From an uncultured Planctomycetaceae bacterium (lineage in GTDB: Bacteria > Planctomycetota > Phycisphaerae > SM23-33), in contig CAZTVF010000005.1 in NCBI GenBank assembly GCA_964616985.1, positions 6,771 through 70,770 on the forward strand: 64,000 nt of DNA. Direction: 5' to 3'. Position numbers and translations under genes: made by a program. Positions 18,515-28,976 of the stretch are shown piece after piece. Each line of letters begins with the position of its first letter. The stretch's first letter is position 1. The notes under the pieces are model-generated. The model ran no database searches. It was given only the letters and a program-made list of their open reading frames with translations, and was not told where the DNA came from.

Positions 18515-20158
18515 TCACTTCGCCAGGAACGCCTCGATGGCGGCGGCGCAGGCGTCGAGCGAGACGCGGCCGGTCTGTGGATTGCCGCGGACGCCGCCGA
18601 TCCACTCGATGGGCTTTTCCATGAAGTACGTCTCGTGCACCTTGTACATCATCTGGTAGCAGAAGCGTTGTGCGTCCAGGACCATCGCCTCGCGTGCAGC
18701 CGGCGGCAGGTCGGACGACAGTCCCGGCCACGTCTTGCCCGCGGCGAGATTGACGGCCGCCAAGGCCGTCACCACCGTGGTGGGGGCCTGGCCCTGGGCG
18801 GCGAACCCGCCGGCTTCATCCAGGGGGCTGTCGATCGGCACCGGCAGCGGCAGGGCGGTTGTCACGCCCTCCCAGTTGCGCGTCTCGGCCAGGCCCGCGC
18901 GGATCATCCAGCAGGCGGACAATGCATCCTGGGCCACCAGCTTGGGCGGCGGCTGTATGGCGGGGGCGTTTGACTCGGCCAGTCGCGACAGGGCCAGGCC
19001 CGCCAGTGTCGCGTTGAGCAGCGAGGCCGGCTGCGTGCTCGAGCGGTCCAGCGTCGCCGTCGGCCAGCCGTCGCGTAAGGCCCGGCGCATCGCGGCAGCC
19101 AGCTTGGCCCGCACCGCGGCGATCTGGTCGTTGGGCTTGAGCTCGCCGATGGCCAGCAGCATCAGCGCCGTCGCCGCCAGCTGGTCGTCCTCGGCCTCGG
19201 TCATCAGGAATGCCCCGCCGGCTTCTTCGCGCAGGCAGGTCATCGCGTAGTGCATCGCCGCGTTGACGGTCTTGGAATAGTCCTCGCGGCCGGTGGCCTT
19301 GGCCAGGCGGGCGAGGGCGTAGGTGGCGTACATGTGCTCGCGGAGGCTGGGCTGGGCCAGCGGGGCGATGAACTGGCCGCTGGTGTCCTGGCTGCGGACG
19401 AGGAAGTCGGCCACCAGCGACGCCCCCGTGCGGACGGCGTTGGGGTCCATCGCGCCAAACGGCTGCAGGGCCTTGCCGCGATACAGCCACACCACCTTCT
19501 CCTGCGGATAGCTGACGAACTGCGCCACCGAGAACGCCGACCATCGTATCGGCATGCGGACATTCTCGGGCTTGACCGGCAGCTGGGCGATCGCGAGGTT
19601 GCGGATTCTCGACGGCGTGAGGCCGTCCTGCAGCTGGGCCGAGGGGAACACGAAGGATTCATCGACGCCCCGGGTCGCCTTCACGCCGGTCAAGCCAGGC
19701 ATGGCCAGGCGGGCGAAGGCCTCGGCGTTGCCGTCGATGGGCACCGTCGCGGTGAATACCTCCAGGTCCAGCGTCGTCGCATCGAGGACGGCGGGCGTGA
19801 CCTTGTCCGGCAGAGGCTCCGCGCCGCGCATCACCTCCAGGGCGGCCGCGATCACGTTGCGACCCAACTCGCGCCCTTGCTGAATGCTCGTGGCGGCAAC
19901 GACGCCATCCTTCCGCAATGTCAGGCGGGCGGAATAGGGGCGCTTCGCCAGGGCCGCCAGCCGATCGGGGATGAACTGCTTGTCGGCGGGCGCTCGCGTG
20001 CGGAGATACTCGCTCATTGCCGACCTCGCCAGGTCCAGCAGGGCCGTGCCATCGCCAAGGCCAAGCTCGGGGACGGGGGGCAGCGGGTCGGCCGGCGCCT
20101 GTGAATACGCCGCAGAGCTCAGCAAAAGGACGATTACCATCGGAATGGTTTTGGCCAT
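18515..20158 (-). CDS. secreted hypothetical protein (alpha-helical repeat fold?)
   Basis: It has a signal peptide (MAKTIPMVIVLLLSSAAYSQAP). No motif was confidently recognised. The start was set at the second in-frame Met. Confidence 0.35.
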   Translation of the reverse strand: MAKTIPMVIVLLLSSAAYSQAPADPLPPVPELGLGDGTALLDLARSAMSEYLRTRAPADKQFIPDRLAALAKRPYSARLTLRKDGVVAATSIQQGRELGRNVIAAALEVMRGAEPLPDKVTPAVLDATTLDLEVFTATVPIDGNAEAFARLAMPGLTGVKATRGVDESFVFPSAQLQDGLTPSRIRNLAIAQLPVKPENVRMPIRWSAFSVAQFVSYPQEKVVWLYRGKALQPFGAMDPNAVRTGASLVADFLVRSQDTSGQFIAPLAQPSLREHMYATYALARLAKATGREDYSKTVNAAMHYAMTCLREEAGGAFLMTEAEDDQLAATALMLLAIGELKPNDQIAAVRAKLAAAMRRALRDGWPTATLDRSSTQPASLLNATLAGLALSRLAESNAPAIQPPPKLVAQDALSACWMIRAGLAETRNWEGVTTALPLPVPIDSPLDEAGGFAAQGQAPTTVVTALAAVNLAAGKTWPGLSSDLPPAAREAMVLDAQRFCYQMMYKVHETYFMEKPIEWIGGVRGNPQTGRVSLDACAAAIEAFLAK

Positions 20159-20211
20159 GGGCATACTATAGATGATGACGTCGAGGCAGGGCAATTGCAT
20201 TATTCAAGGGT

Positions 20212-20233
20212 CGGCGGCCTTCCCAGGCCGCCA
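20212..20233. repeat. REP family 1 copy (GGCGGCCTTCCCAGGCCGCCACC)
   Basis: It matches the hairpin repeat seen at 9591, 32058, 43796, 43838 and 50598. Confidence 0.5.
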
Positions 20234-20672
20234 CCACAGCCGTCTGCAGTTGGCGGCCCAGGAAGGTCGCCACCCCGAATCACAACCGTCGTCGCGAGCG
20301 GTCTGCTGAGTCGCGAAATGGGCATCGCTCGGCTGCTCAGGGCCTCTGGAGCCTTCATCACCGGTTTTACGGCCGGTAAGCCCAAGAGGGCAAAAAATCT
20401 TTAACGGATTGCCGGACAAGAAGATACATCGAAAACTGCGACTTTTCGTCTGGGTTTGGCCGTGCAATTCCAACGATTTGAGGTGATGATCCCTAATCAC
20501 AAAATCCTTAGCTTGCCGATTTATAAGCTAAGACGAGCCCGTTGGGCTCGCCGGCGATCCGTTCAACGCCGGGGAAAACTGGACCGGTGCGGAATCGCAG
20601 TATGAGGCCGCTTCCGGCGTACACTTAGGCTAAGTCCCCTTAGTTTGGACAGGACGCGCTGGAGAAAGGCAA

Positions 20673-23339
20673 ATGGCTGTCGTTACCTACGATGACCGCA
20701 GCTTCCTCATCGACGGCCGCCGCGTCTGGCTGGTCAGCGGAGCCGTGCATTACTTCCGCACCCCGGCGGCGTTATGGCAGGATCGTCTGCTTAAGGCAAA
20801 GCGTTGCGGCCTCAATTGTATCAGCACTTCGATTCCCTGGAACTTCCACGAGACGGCCGAGGGCCGGTGGAACCTCACGGGGGATCATGACTTGGCGGCC
20901 TTCGTGCGCCTGGCGGGCGATCTGCGCCTGTACGTCATCCTCAAGCCCGGCCCCTACGTCGGCGCCGACTGCGACAACGGCGGCCTGCCCGGCTGGCTGA
21001 GCACCAAGACCGGCATCGGCTATCGCACGAGCAACGCCACGTACACTCATTACTATGACAAGTACTTCCGGCAGGTGCTGCCTCGCTTGGCCGACCTGCA
21101 GGTGACGCACGGCGGCAACATCATCCTGATCCAGAACGAAAGTCACTACGACAACACGGTGATGCCCGACCGGCTGAGCTATCTCGAGTTCGTCAGTCAG
21201 CTCTTCCGCCGCAGCGGCTTTGACATCCCCATCATCACCTGCAACGACATCTCGGCCCCGCCCGTTCCCGGCGCGGTGGAGACCGCCGCCGGCTATGGCA
21301 CCGCCGAGCTGAAGCGACTGCGCCAGCGTTCGGGCAACGGCCCGATGATGATCAGCGAGTTCCGCCCCGCCCCGGCCGACTGCTGGGGAGAGGCGCACGC
21401 GAAGAGTGACCCGCGCGAGCTGGCCCGCAAGGCGCTGGAAGCCTTGGGCTGCGGCGCGATGTTCGACTATTACACTTGGCACGGCGGGACGAACTTCGAT
21501 TTCTGGACCGCTCGCAGCGACCGCGGCCCCGCGGCCTACCTCACCACCAGCTACGACGGCGACGCGCCGCTGGCTGAGGGCGGCGGGCTGACCGAAAAGT
21601 ATTACTTCAGCCGCCTGGCGAACCTGCTGGCCAACCACATGGGCCCCTTCATCGCCGGCTGCACCATGGACGCCCCGGGCGTGACGGTGCAGGACTGCAC
21701 GCAGACGTTCAACATCTCCGGCCCCGCCGGCCGCTGGGCCGTGATCACCAACAACGGGCGGTATGACATCAAGACCGCCCGCGTCGCCTTGCCCGATGGC
21801 CTGGAGCTCGATGTGTCGCTGGAGCCCCTGGGTGCGGTGGCGATCCCGGTGGGCGTCACCCTGAGCCCGACGGTGGTGATGGACTTCGCAAACCTCATGC
21901 CGCTGGGCCTGTTCAACGACCGCTACCTGGTCTTCCACGGGCCGGCGGGCTTCGCGGGCAAGATCAGCCTCAACGGCACGGTGCTGGCTGTCGCCGTGCC
22001 CGCGGGGGAGACGCCCACGCTCGTCGAGGCGCAGGGCCTGACGGTCGTGGTGATGAACAGCGACCTGGCGATGCGGACCTGGGCCATGCCTGACGGCGTG
22101 GTGGTGGGCCCGCAGTTCGTCGGCGCCACCATCGAGCAGGCCTCCGCCGCGCCGCACGCCAAGGACTGCATGCTGCTGCCGCTGGAAGATAAGCCCAGCC
22201 GCCTGTCCGTCACCCACACCCGCGCGGGCTCGCCCCCGCACATCACGCTGGGCGCGTGGAAGCGTCTGGCCGTGTGCGTCGAGCCCGTCGCGCAGGACCT
22301 GCAGTGGCAGGCCATGCCCGGCCCGCGCGACGTGGACCAGATCGGCATTCATCACGGCTACGCGTGGTATCGGATCGTGCTGGACCAGCCGCGCCCGCGC
22401 AAGGTGCGACTGTACCTGCCGGAGTGCGAGGACCGCGCGACGCTGTTCCTCAACGGCGAACTCATCGGAACCTGGGGCCGCGGCGCCGACGCCGAGCGCG
22501 AGCCCATCGGCGTCTCGCTGGGCAAGGGCGCCAATACGCTGGTGGCCCTGGTGGACAACCTCGGCCGCTTCAGCGATGAGCCCAACCTCGGCGGGCGCAA
22601 GGGCCTCTTCGGCCACATGTACGACGCCAAGGCGATCAAGCCTCTGAAGTTCAAGGTCAAGGCCGACGGCAGCTTCACGCGGCGACTGGTGCCCCGGCAG
22701 CATTCGCACCTGGCCGGCGCGTTGGAGAAGATGCCGATGGTCTCGGCCGAGCTCTCGATCCCGCTGACGCAGATCACGCCCCTGCACCTTTCGTTCCATG
22801 GCGTGCCGCACGCGGTGGCCATCCTGTGCAACGACCGCATGGTGAAGTTCTTCCCCCAGCCGCCGGCCGGCGAGAACTTCGGCGACGTGCTGCTGGCGGC
22901 CGAGCTTCGCAAGGGAAAGAACAACCTCCGCGTGCTGCTGTGGGGCGACGTGAAGCCCGAGGCGATGGGAAACTTCGGCCTGCACGCGATGGAAGAAAAC
23001 CTCACCGAAAACGCCGCCTGGAGCTTCCGCACCTGGTCGCTGCCGCATGGCGGCGGGCACGTGGTGGGCAAGGACCAGCCGGCGTGGTATGTCACGCCGT
23101 TCAAGTACAAGCCTACGGACGAGCCGCTGTTCCTCCACATCATCGGGGCCAAGAAGGGCCAGATCTTCCTCAACGGGCACAACGTCGGCCGCTTCTGGAC
23201 CGTCGGCCCGCAGGAGCACTACTACCTGCCGGCGTGCTGGCTGAAGGAAGAGAACGAACTGATGATCTTCGAGGAAGGTGGGCTAATCCCCGCTAAGAGC
23301 AGCCTCGAATTCCGCCCCCAGGGGCCGTACCACAAGTAG
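20673..23339 (+). CDS. beta-galactosidase, glycoside hydrolase family 35
   Basis: The N-terminus (FLIDGRRVWLVSGAVHYFRTPAALWQDRL...GLNCISTSIPWNFHE...LYVILKPGPYVGADCDNGGLPGWL) is the GH35 TIM-barrel signature. 888 aa with beta-sandwich C-terminal domains and an RBS GGAGAAAGG. Confidence 0.8.
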   Translation: MAVVTYDDRSFLIDGRRVWLVSGAVHYFRTPAALWQDRLLKAKRCGLNCISTSIPWNFHETAEGRWNLTGDHDLAAFVRLAGDLRLYVILKPGPYVGADCDNGGLPGWLSTKTGIGYRTSNATYTHYYDKYFRQVLPRLADLQVTHGGNIILIQNESHYDNTVMPDRLSYLEFVSQLFRRSGFDIPIITCNDISAPPVPGAVETAAGYGTAELKRLRQRSGNGPMMISEFRPAPADCWGEAHAKSDPRELARKALEALGCGAMFDYYTWHGGTNFDFWTARSDRGPAAYLTTSYDGDAPLAEGGGLTEKYYFSRLANLLANHMGPFIAGCTMDAPGVTVQDCTQTFNISGPAGRWAVITNNGRYDIKTARVALPDGLELDVSLEPLGAVAIPVGVTLSPTVVMDFANLMPLGLFNDRYLVFHGPAGFAGKISLNGTVLAVAVPAGETPTLVEAQGLTVVVMNSDLAMRTWAMPDGVVVGPQFVGATIEQASAAPHAKDCMLLPLEDKPSRLSVTHTRAGSPPHITLGAWKRLAVCVEPVAQDLQWQAMPGPRDVDQIGIHHGYAWYRIVLDQPRPRKVRLYLPECEDRATLFLNGELIGTWGRGADAEREPIGVSLGKGANTLVALVDNLGRFSDEPNLGGRKGLFGHMYDAKAIKPLKFKVKADGSFTRRLVPRQHSHLAGALEKMPMVSAELSIPLTQITPLHLSFHGVPHAVAILCNDRMVKFFPQPPAGENFGDVLLAAELRKGKNNLRVLLWGDVKPEAMGNFGLHAMEENLTENAAWSFRTWSLPHGGGHVVGKDQPAWYVTPFKYKPTDEPLFLHIIGAKKGQIFLNGHNVGRFWTVGPQEHYYLPACWLKEENELMIFEEGGLIPAKSSLEFRPQGPYHK

Positions 23340-23454
23340 GCGTCCGGCGGCACGCGAGATTTCTTCGCCCCGCCGATGCTCGGCTATCGCTCGCCTTTCG
23401 GCGCTGTTCGATAGTTGATGCCGGGCGAAGCCGGTTTCACATGGCACCTCGTCT

Positions 23455-23500
23455 GCGTGTCCGGCCGAGCATGCCGGCGCGGGTACGCTTCGGCATGGCA
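23455..23500. repeat. single copy of the 37-bp hairpin unit (CATGCCGGCGCGGGTACGCTTCGGCATGGCACC)
   Basis: The same unit is repeated x3 at 47253-47370. Confidence 0.5.
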
Positions 23501-23545
23501 CCCCTCGGTATCATCTGGTAGGATGCCCTCATCAGGAGCATCCTT

Positions 23546-26152
23546 ATGTCTTTGAATTCCCGCTTCCGTTCGCTCGCGTTGGTCGTCTCGTTCGTCTGTC
23601 TTCTGTTCTCTTCCCGCGCATTCGCCGGCGGGGGGCCTGAGGGCGTCGCGGTGGTGGTCAACGCCGAGAGCTGGGCCTCGCAGGCGGTCGCCAACGAGTA
23701 CATCCACCTGCGGAAGATCCCGCCGCTCAACGTCATCTACCTCAGCGGCCTGCCCACCTTCGAGACCATCGGCGTGGAGGACTTCCGCGAGAAGATCCTC
23801 AAGCCCGTGATGCTCACGCTGGCGCAGCGAGGCGTGGCCCCGCAGATCGACTGCATCACCTACTCCAGCGACATCCCTTACGCAGTGGAAGCCCGCGCCG
23901 ACGCCAACAAGGACCAGATGGACAAGCTGTTCCCCGGCATGGCCCGATTCCTGGCCACCGAGGCATCGATCAACTCGATGACGTACCTGTACGAGCTGGT
24001 GCTGGCCAAGGATATCCATTACTTCGACCTGGGCATCAACTGGTATTTCCCCTCCGAGCCTCGCGGCGCGGGCCGGCGTGAGAAACGCTGGAGCGACGCC
24101 GAGGGCAAGGACGGCCAGGCGGTCGAGGCCTTGCTGCGCGAGAAGAAGTACGCCGAGGCCCTGCCGCTGCTGGAGAAGCTCCGGGCGGCGCATCCCGACA
24201 GCGCCGACGTGGCTTATCGCGTTGCGCTGTGCAGCGCCCAACTGAAGAAGATGGACGACGCCCTCGCCGCCCTGGAATCGGCGGTGGAGCACGGGTACAC
24301 CAACTGGCCGCGCGTCGAGAATGCCGAGGAATTCAGGGCCCTGCGCGGCAAAGAAGCGTTCACCGCACTGATCGAGAAGATGAAGAAGGCCAAGCCCGCC
24401 GTGCCCGTCCCCGATGCCCGCGCCTTCGACTCCAACATCGCCTGGAAATCGCCGCGCGATGGCGGCCAGCAGCACTACGTGCTCTCGACCATGCTCGCCG
24501 TGACCAGCGGCCGCGGAAACTCGGTCTCCGAGGCCCTGTCGCAATTGCGGCGCAGCGCCTCGTGCGACGGCGTCAAACCTGCGGGCACCGTCTATTTCAT
24601 GGCCAACAGCGACGTGAGATCGACCACGCGCGAGTGGGCCTTCACGGCCGCCGCCGCCAAGCTCAACGCCATGAGCGTTCCGGCCGACATCATCTGGGGC
24701 GTCCTGCCCCAGAAGAAGAAGGTGGCCGGGCTGGTGGTGGGGGCCGCCGATTTCAACTGGGGCGCGTGCGGCAGCAGCATCGACGCCGGCGCCATCTGCG
24801 AGCACCTCACCAGCTACGGCGGCATCATGCGAGACAGCGGCCAGACGCCGCTGACGGAGTTCCTCCGCGCCGGGGCCGCCGGCGCCAGCGGCACGGTCAC
24901 CGAACCCTTCGCCATCCAGGCGAAGTTCCCCTCGCCGTTCATCCAGGTCTACTATGCCCAGGGCGCCAGCCTCGCCGAGGCGTTCTACATGTCCGTCTCG
25001 GGGCCGTACCAGCTGCTGATCGTGGGCGACCCGCTCTGCCAGCCGTGGGCGACGATCCCTGACGTGCAGGTGAAATCGCCCTCGGAGCCGGTCAAGGGCA
25101 CGCTGAAACTCGAGGCGTCGGTGAAGCAGAAGGACCTGCCGATCGCGTCGTACGAGCTCTTCGTCGATGGCAGGCGAACGGCATCGTCCCCGTCTTCGCC
25201 GCTGGAACTCGACACGACCAAGCTCAGCGACGGCTACCACGAGATCCGCGTCGTCGCCATCGCCGCCAATGCCGTGCGAACGCAAGGCCGCGAGATATTC
25301 CCCATCGTCGTCGCTAATGGCGCCGGCGAACTGAAGATCACCGGCCCCGAGCAGAAAGAGATCGCGTATGACGGCCCGCGGTTCTCCATCGCCGGCCGCA
25401 TGGCCGGGGCCAAGCGGATCGTCTTCACCTTCAACGGCACCGAGATCGGACGGCTCAACAGCGGCGACGGCAAGATCGAGGTCGATCCGCGTCAACTCGG
25501 CCAGGGGCCGGTGAAGATTCACGCCACCGCCACCGTCGAGGGCGAGAAGGGCGAGGTCACCGTCGCCGCGGCCCCCCTGGAACTGACGATCATCCCGCCG
25601 TTCCCGCTGGAGGCGGTGAAGCTTGCCGAGGGCGCGAAGCTGGCCAAGGGCGTGCAGATCACGCTTGAAAAGGGCGAGAAGGTCGTCGTCGAGCAGGCGA
25701 TTCCGAACTGGCTGGCGGCCGCCGGCGTGAAGGCGAAAGAGAAGTTCGTCATTGAAGGTTATCTTCAGGCGTCGGCCGACGACGTGTACCAGTTCCAGGT
25801 TAACGCGGCCTCGCCGCTGGCGCTGGAGGTGGATGGGGTGGCCCTGCGCCCCAGCGGCGCGGCGTGGAAGTTCGCCCCGGTGACGCTGGCCAAGGGCCTG
25901 CACAAGTTCACCGCCCGCGGGACGGCATCGGACAAGCTTGACGTCGAGATCCGTTTCGGCGGCAGCGGGGCGTACAACATCCTGGGCTGCTGCCAGCACG
26001 TCGCCATCGAGGGCGAGCGCGTGATTCAGCCGCCCGCGCCCAAGAGCCAACCCGCCAGCGCCAGCAAGCCCGCCACCGCACCGGCGACCGGGCCCGCGGC
26101 CAAGACAGCGACCGCGCCATCGACGGCGCCATCGAGTCAGTCCGCGAAATGA
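23546..26152 (+). CDS. secreted TPR-repeat protein with C-terminal beta-sandwich repeats (hypothetical)
   Basis: It has a signal peptide and a TPR segment (KKYAEALPLLEKLRAAHPDSADVAYRVALCSAQLKKMDDALAALESAVEHGY). The long C-terminus has Ig-like repeats and a Pro/Ala/Thr-rich tail. Confidence 0.45.
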   Translation: MSLNSRFRSLALVVSFVCLLFSSRAFAGGGPEGVAVVVNAESWASQAVANEYIHLRKIPPLNVIYLSGLPTFETIGVEDFREKILKPVMLTLAQRGVAPQIDCITYSSDIPYAVEARADANKDQMDKLFPGMARFLATEASINSMTYLYELVLAKDIHYFDLGINWYFPSEPRGAGRREKRWSDAEGKDGQAVEALLREKKYAEALPLLEKLRAAHPDSADVAYRVALCSAQLKKMDDALAALESAVEHGYTNWPRVENAEEFRALRGKEAFTALIEKMKKAKPAVPVPDARAFDSNIAWKSPRDGGQQHYVLSTMLAVTSGRGNSVSEALSQLRRSASCDGVKPAGTVYFMANSDVRSTTREWAFTAAAAKLNAMSVPADIIWGVLPQKKKVAGLVVGAADFNWGACGSSIDAGAICEHLTSYGGIMRDSGQTPLTEFLRAGAAGASGTVTEPFAIQAKFPSPFIQVYYAQGASLAEAFYMSVSGPYQLLIVGDPLCQPWATIPDVQVKSPSEPVKGTLKLEASVKQKDLPIASYELFVDGRRTASSPSSPLELDTTKLSDGYHEIRVVAIAANAVRTQGREIFPIVVANGAGELKITGPEQKEIAYDGPRFSIAGRMAGAKRIVFTFNGTEIGRLNSGDGKIEVDPRQLGQGPVKIHATATVEGEKGEVTVAAAPLELTIIPPFPLEAVKLAEGAKLAKGVQITLEKGEKVVVEQAIPNWLAAAGVKAKEKFVIEGYLQASADDVYQFQVNAASPLALEVDGVALRPSGAAWKFAPVTLAKGLHKFTARGTASDKLDVEIRFGGSGAYNILGCCQHVAIEGERVIQPPAPKSQPASASKPATAPATGPAAKTATAPSTAPSSQSAK

Positions 26153-26217
26153 ATCGCCGGGATCGCGGTGCTGACGCCACGCACTCGCCCGATGCAAGAC
26201 AGGAGACGCCTGTGAAG

Positions 26218-27729
26218 ATGCGCCACGCCGTAGTCGCGATGCTGTGCTGCACGCTCGTCTCATCGGCAGCGGCCTCCGCGGCCGACAACGTCATCTACGT
26301 CAACAACCAGACGGGCTCCGATGCCTTCGACGGCCGCTCGCCCGCGCCCGCCGATGGCAAGCGTGGCCCCGTGGCCACCATCATGGCCGGTGTGGCAAAG
26401 GCGGCCGTCGGCGGCGTGGTGTCGATCGCCAACACGGGCAAGGACTATCGCGAGTCGGTGAGCATCGAGAAGTTCGGCAAGGGGCGGGCGGCCACGCCGC
26501 TGGTGATCGAGGGCAACGGCGCGGGCGTAACCGGCCTGCTGGAGGTGCCCGCCGCGCGGTGGACGCTGGAGAAGGACGACCTTTACTACTTCGAGAACAA
26601 GCTCTCGGACGACCCGCCGAAGTACGGCCCGATGCCCAACAGCAACTGGCTGGGCTTCCTGAAGCACCAGGGCTGGTTCCCCGAGCCGCAGGCCCCGCGG
26701 ATCTTCTTCCTCGACGGCAAGGAGGCGCCCGACAGCCTCACGCTGGAGGGCATCCAGCCGGGCGGCTTCTTCTATCAGACCCAGGGCAAGCCGCGTCGCG
26801 TGTACTTCCGCCTGCCGCCCGGCGGCAAGCTCGCCGACTGCCGCATCGAGATGCCGCTGAACACCGGCGTGTTCGTGAGCGATGACTACGTGGTCGTTCG
26901 CAACCTCGCCTCGCGCCATTCGCAGGACGACGGCTTCGCGGGCTTCTGGGGCCAGGCGGTAGTGTTCGAGAACGTCAATGGCTCGTTCAACTGCGACCAG
27001 GGCATCTCGTTCCACGGCACTAGCAGCACGCTGATCGACGGCGGCCTGTTTGAACGCAACGGGGGCGGCGGCATCGTGGACGTGATGTCGTGCGTCAGCG
27101 TCTATCGCCGCGCGGTCTCGCGCGATAACCTCATCTCCGGCGCGCTGCTGCAGGGCACGGCCCACAGCATGCTGGGCTGCCAGTTCTTCGGCAACGCCGG
27201 CCCGCAGGTGAGCGTGGGCGCGGGCACGACGACGAACCTGACCAACTGCCTCGTCATCGGCAGCGACGCCAACGGCCGGCGGAGCCCCGGCGTGGTCATG
27301 CACTACGGGCGGCTGGACCGATGCACCCTCGTGCGGTGCAGTGTGGGCCTGCAGGTGCCCCAGCGGCCGGGCGGGCTGGGGGCGTCGCTCCGCAACAGCA
27401 TCGTCCGCGACTGCAACGTCGCCGTCTCCATCCAGCCCGATCACCTGGGCTCGTTCCGCATGGCCAACAACATCATCGAACTGGGCGTGATGTCGATCGG
27501 CGATCAGAAGGGCAAGGCTGCGAACTGGCAGGATTTCGCCGCCGCCAACAAGCTCGGCAGCGACAACGTCATCGATGCCCCCGAACTGGAGGGCCCCACG
27601 TTCCTGCTCCCCAAGGATTCCGTGCACGCGACGGCGGGCGAAAACAAGACCACCCCCGGCGCGTCGGTGCAGCCTTACGCCGGGTGGAAGTCGCTGGGCG
27701 ATGCCCCGACGACGCAGCCGTCGCCGTGA
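26218..27729 (+). CDS. secreted right-handed parallel beta-helix (pectate-lyase-fold) repeat protein
   Basis: It has a signal peptide from MRHAVVAMLCCTLVSSAAASAA. Repeated NxG-rich coils (VFENVNGSFNCDQGISFHGTSSTLIDGGLFERNGGGGIVDV...) are typical of PbH1 repeats. An alternative start at 26149 overlaps the upstream stop. Confidence 0.55.
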   Translation: MRHAVVAMLCCTLVSSAAASAADNVIYVNNQTGSDAFDGRSPAPADGKRGPVATIMAGVAKAAVGGVVSIANTGKDYRESVSIEKFGKGRAATPLVIEGNGAGVTGLLEVPAARWTLEKDDLYYFENKLSDDPPKYGPMPNSNWLGFLKHQGWFPEPQAPRIFFLDGKEAPDSLTLEGIQPGGFFYQTQGKPRRVYFRLPPGGKLADCRIEMPLNTGVFVSDDYVVVRNLASRHSQDDGFAGFWGQAVVFENVNGSFNCDQGISFHGTSSTLIDGGLFERNGGGGIVDVMSCVSVYRRAVSRDNLISGALLQGTAHSMLGCQFFGNAGPQVSVGAGTTTNLTNCLVIGSDANGRRSPGVVMHYGRLDRCTLVRCSVGLQVPQRPGGLGASLRNSIVRDCNVAVSIQPDHLGSFRMANNIIELGVMSIGDQKGKAANWQDFAAANKLGSDNVIDAPELEGPTFLLPKDSVHATAGENKTTPGASVQPYAGWKSLGDAPTTQPSP

Positions 27730-28824
27730 TTACATCCCGCACGCCTGCTTGAGGCGGCCGACGAAGTAGAGGAAGTCGCTGTAGCTCACGTCGTGCGGCA
27801 GGCCGTGGTCAAACCAGGGCACCAAGCCGCCCGCCTGCACCGTCCGAGCGATTTTGTCCATCTCGCGATCGATCGCGCCCCGCCCAGCCGCCAGCGCCTT
27901 TTTGTCCACGCCGCCCAGCATCAGCAGCCGGGGGTATCGCTTGCGGTATTCCCACACGTCCATGCCCGCCTGCGCCTCCATGGGCACCACGCCGTCGATG
28001 CCCGCCTCCAGCCAGATCGGGATGAGTTCATCGATATAGCCGTCGCTGTCGAGCACGATGAACGGAATGCCCTTCTGTCGCAGCTTGGCCACCATGCGGC
28101 GGTAGCGGGGGAGCATGAACTGCCGCACCTGCGGCGCGCCCAGCAGCGGGGCGGTCTTGTAGGCCATGTCCTCCCACAGGCAGACGGCGTCGGGCACGAA
28201 GTCGCTGAACATCGCGTCGCACAGCCGCTCGAACAGGTCCACCACCGTCTCCATCATCTCCTCGACCAGTGCGGGGTCGTCATAGAAGAGGTAGCTCGTC
28301 GCCTCCACGCCCATCATCTCGCGGATGGAGCCATACAGGCTGCCCGCGCGATCCATGTACACGATCAGGGGGGCCGTGCGCTGGCGCCAGGCTTCCTTCT
28401 GCCTCGCCCAGGCGTCCCCGACGCGGGCCTCGTCCCAGGCGATGCGGCCACGGTACTTGTCCCAATCGGCCCGCGAGGTCACGGGGAAGCTTTCGAAATG
28501 GGGCATCGACTTGTAGTTGTCCTTCTTGAACTCGGTGCAGACGATGCCGTTGTGGTTGACGTACGTGACCTTGTCTTCCGTCTCGCCGAGCACCTTCCGC
28601 TCGAAGGGCGGATACACCCAGATGCTGGCGGCGGGGCCTGACCAGAGGTGATGCTGCAGCCCCAGGTGGTCGATGAGGCGGGGGATGTCCTGTACGCCGG
28701 CGGGCATGCCCTCGCCGCGCCACCGCTCCAGCGTGCTGGGCCAGATGCCCCCCAACGTCGCCAGCGTGCGGCCGGGCGTCTGGAACCGCATCGCCCCCAG
28801 GAACGTCTCTCTCGCATTGTTCAT
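27730..28824 (-). CDS. uroporphyrinogen decarboxylase (URO-D) family protein, paralog 1
   Basis: It has a TIM-barrel UroD/MtaA-like pattern (...GVDKKALAAGRGAIDREMDKIARTVQAGGLVPWFDHGLPHDVSYSDFLYFV). It is a paralog of the ORFs at 39152-40141 and 41803-42804. Confidence 0.55.
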   Translation of the reverse strand: MNNARETFLGAMRFQTPGRTLATLGGIWPSTLERWRGEGMPAGVQDIPRLIDHLGLQHHLWSGPAASIWVYPPFERKVLGETEDKVTYVNHNGIVCTEFKKDNYKSMPHFESFPVTSRADWDKYRGRIAWDEARVGDAWARQKEAWRQRTAPLIVYMDRAGSLYGSIREMMGVEATSYLFYDDPALVEEMMETVVDLFERLCDAMFSDFVPDAVCLWEDMAYKTAPLLGAPQVRQFMLPRYRRMVAKLRQKGIPFIVLDSDGYIDELIPIWLEAGIDGVVPMEAQAGMDVWEYRKRYPRLLMLGGVDKKALAAGRGAIDREMDKIARTVQAGGLVPWFDHGLPHDVSYSDFLYFVGRLKQACGM

Positions 28825-28937
28825 GGCACTTCCCTTTGCGGCCATCAGGGCCGGGGACGAAGCCTAACCCCTCTCGCCGGGCGAGGTCAAGAATTGTCTG
28901 TTGACGCGGGGGAGCTTGTCGCGGTACGATTGGATGC

Positions 28938-28955
28938 GATGAATACGTATTCATC
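28938..28955. promoter_or_regulatory. perfect 18-bp palindrome GATGAATACGTATTCATC in the divergent UroD-like/IclR promoter region; candidate IclR operator
   Basis: It is perfectly self-complementary with an extra half-site GATGAATC 4 bp downstream. It lies about 20 bp upstream of the IclR-family gene start. Confidence 0.5.
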
Positions 28956-28976
28956 ATAGATGAATCGAGGCCGCGT

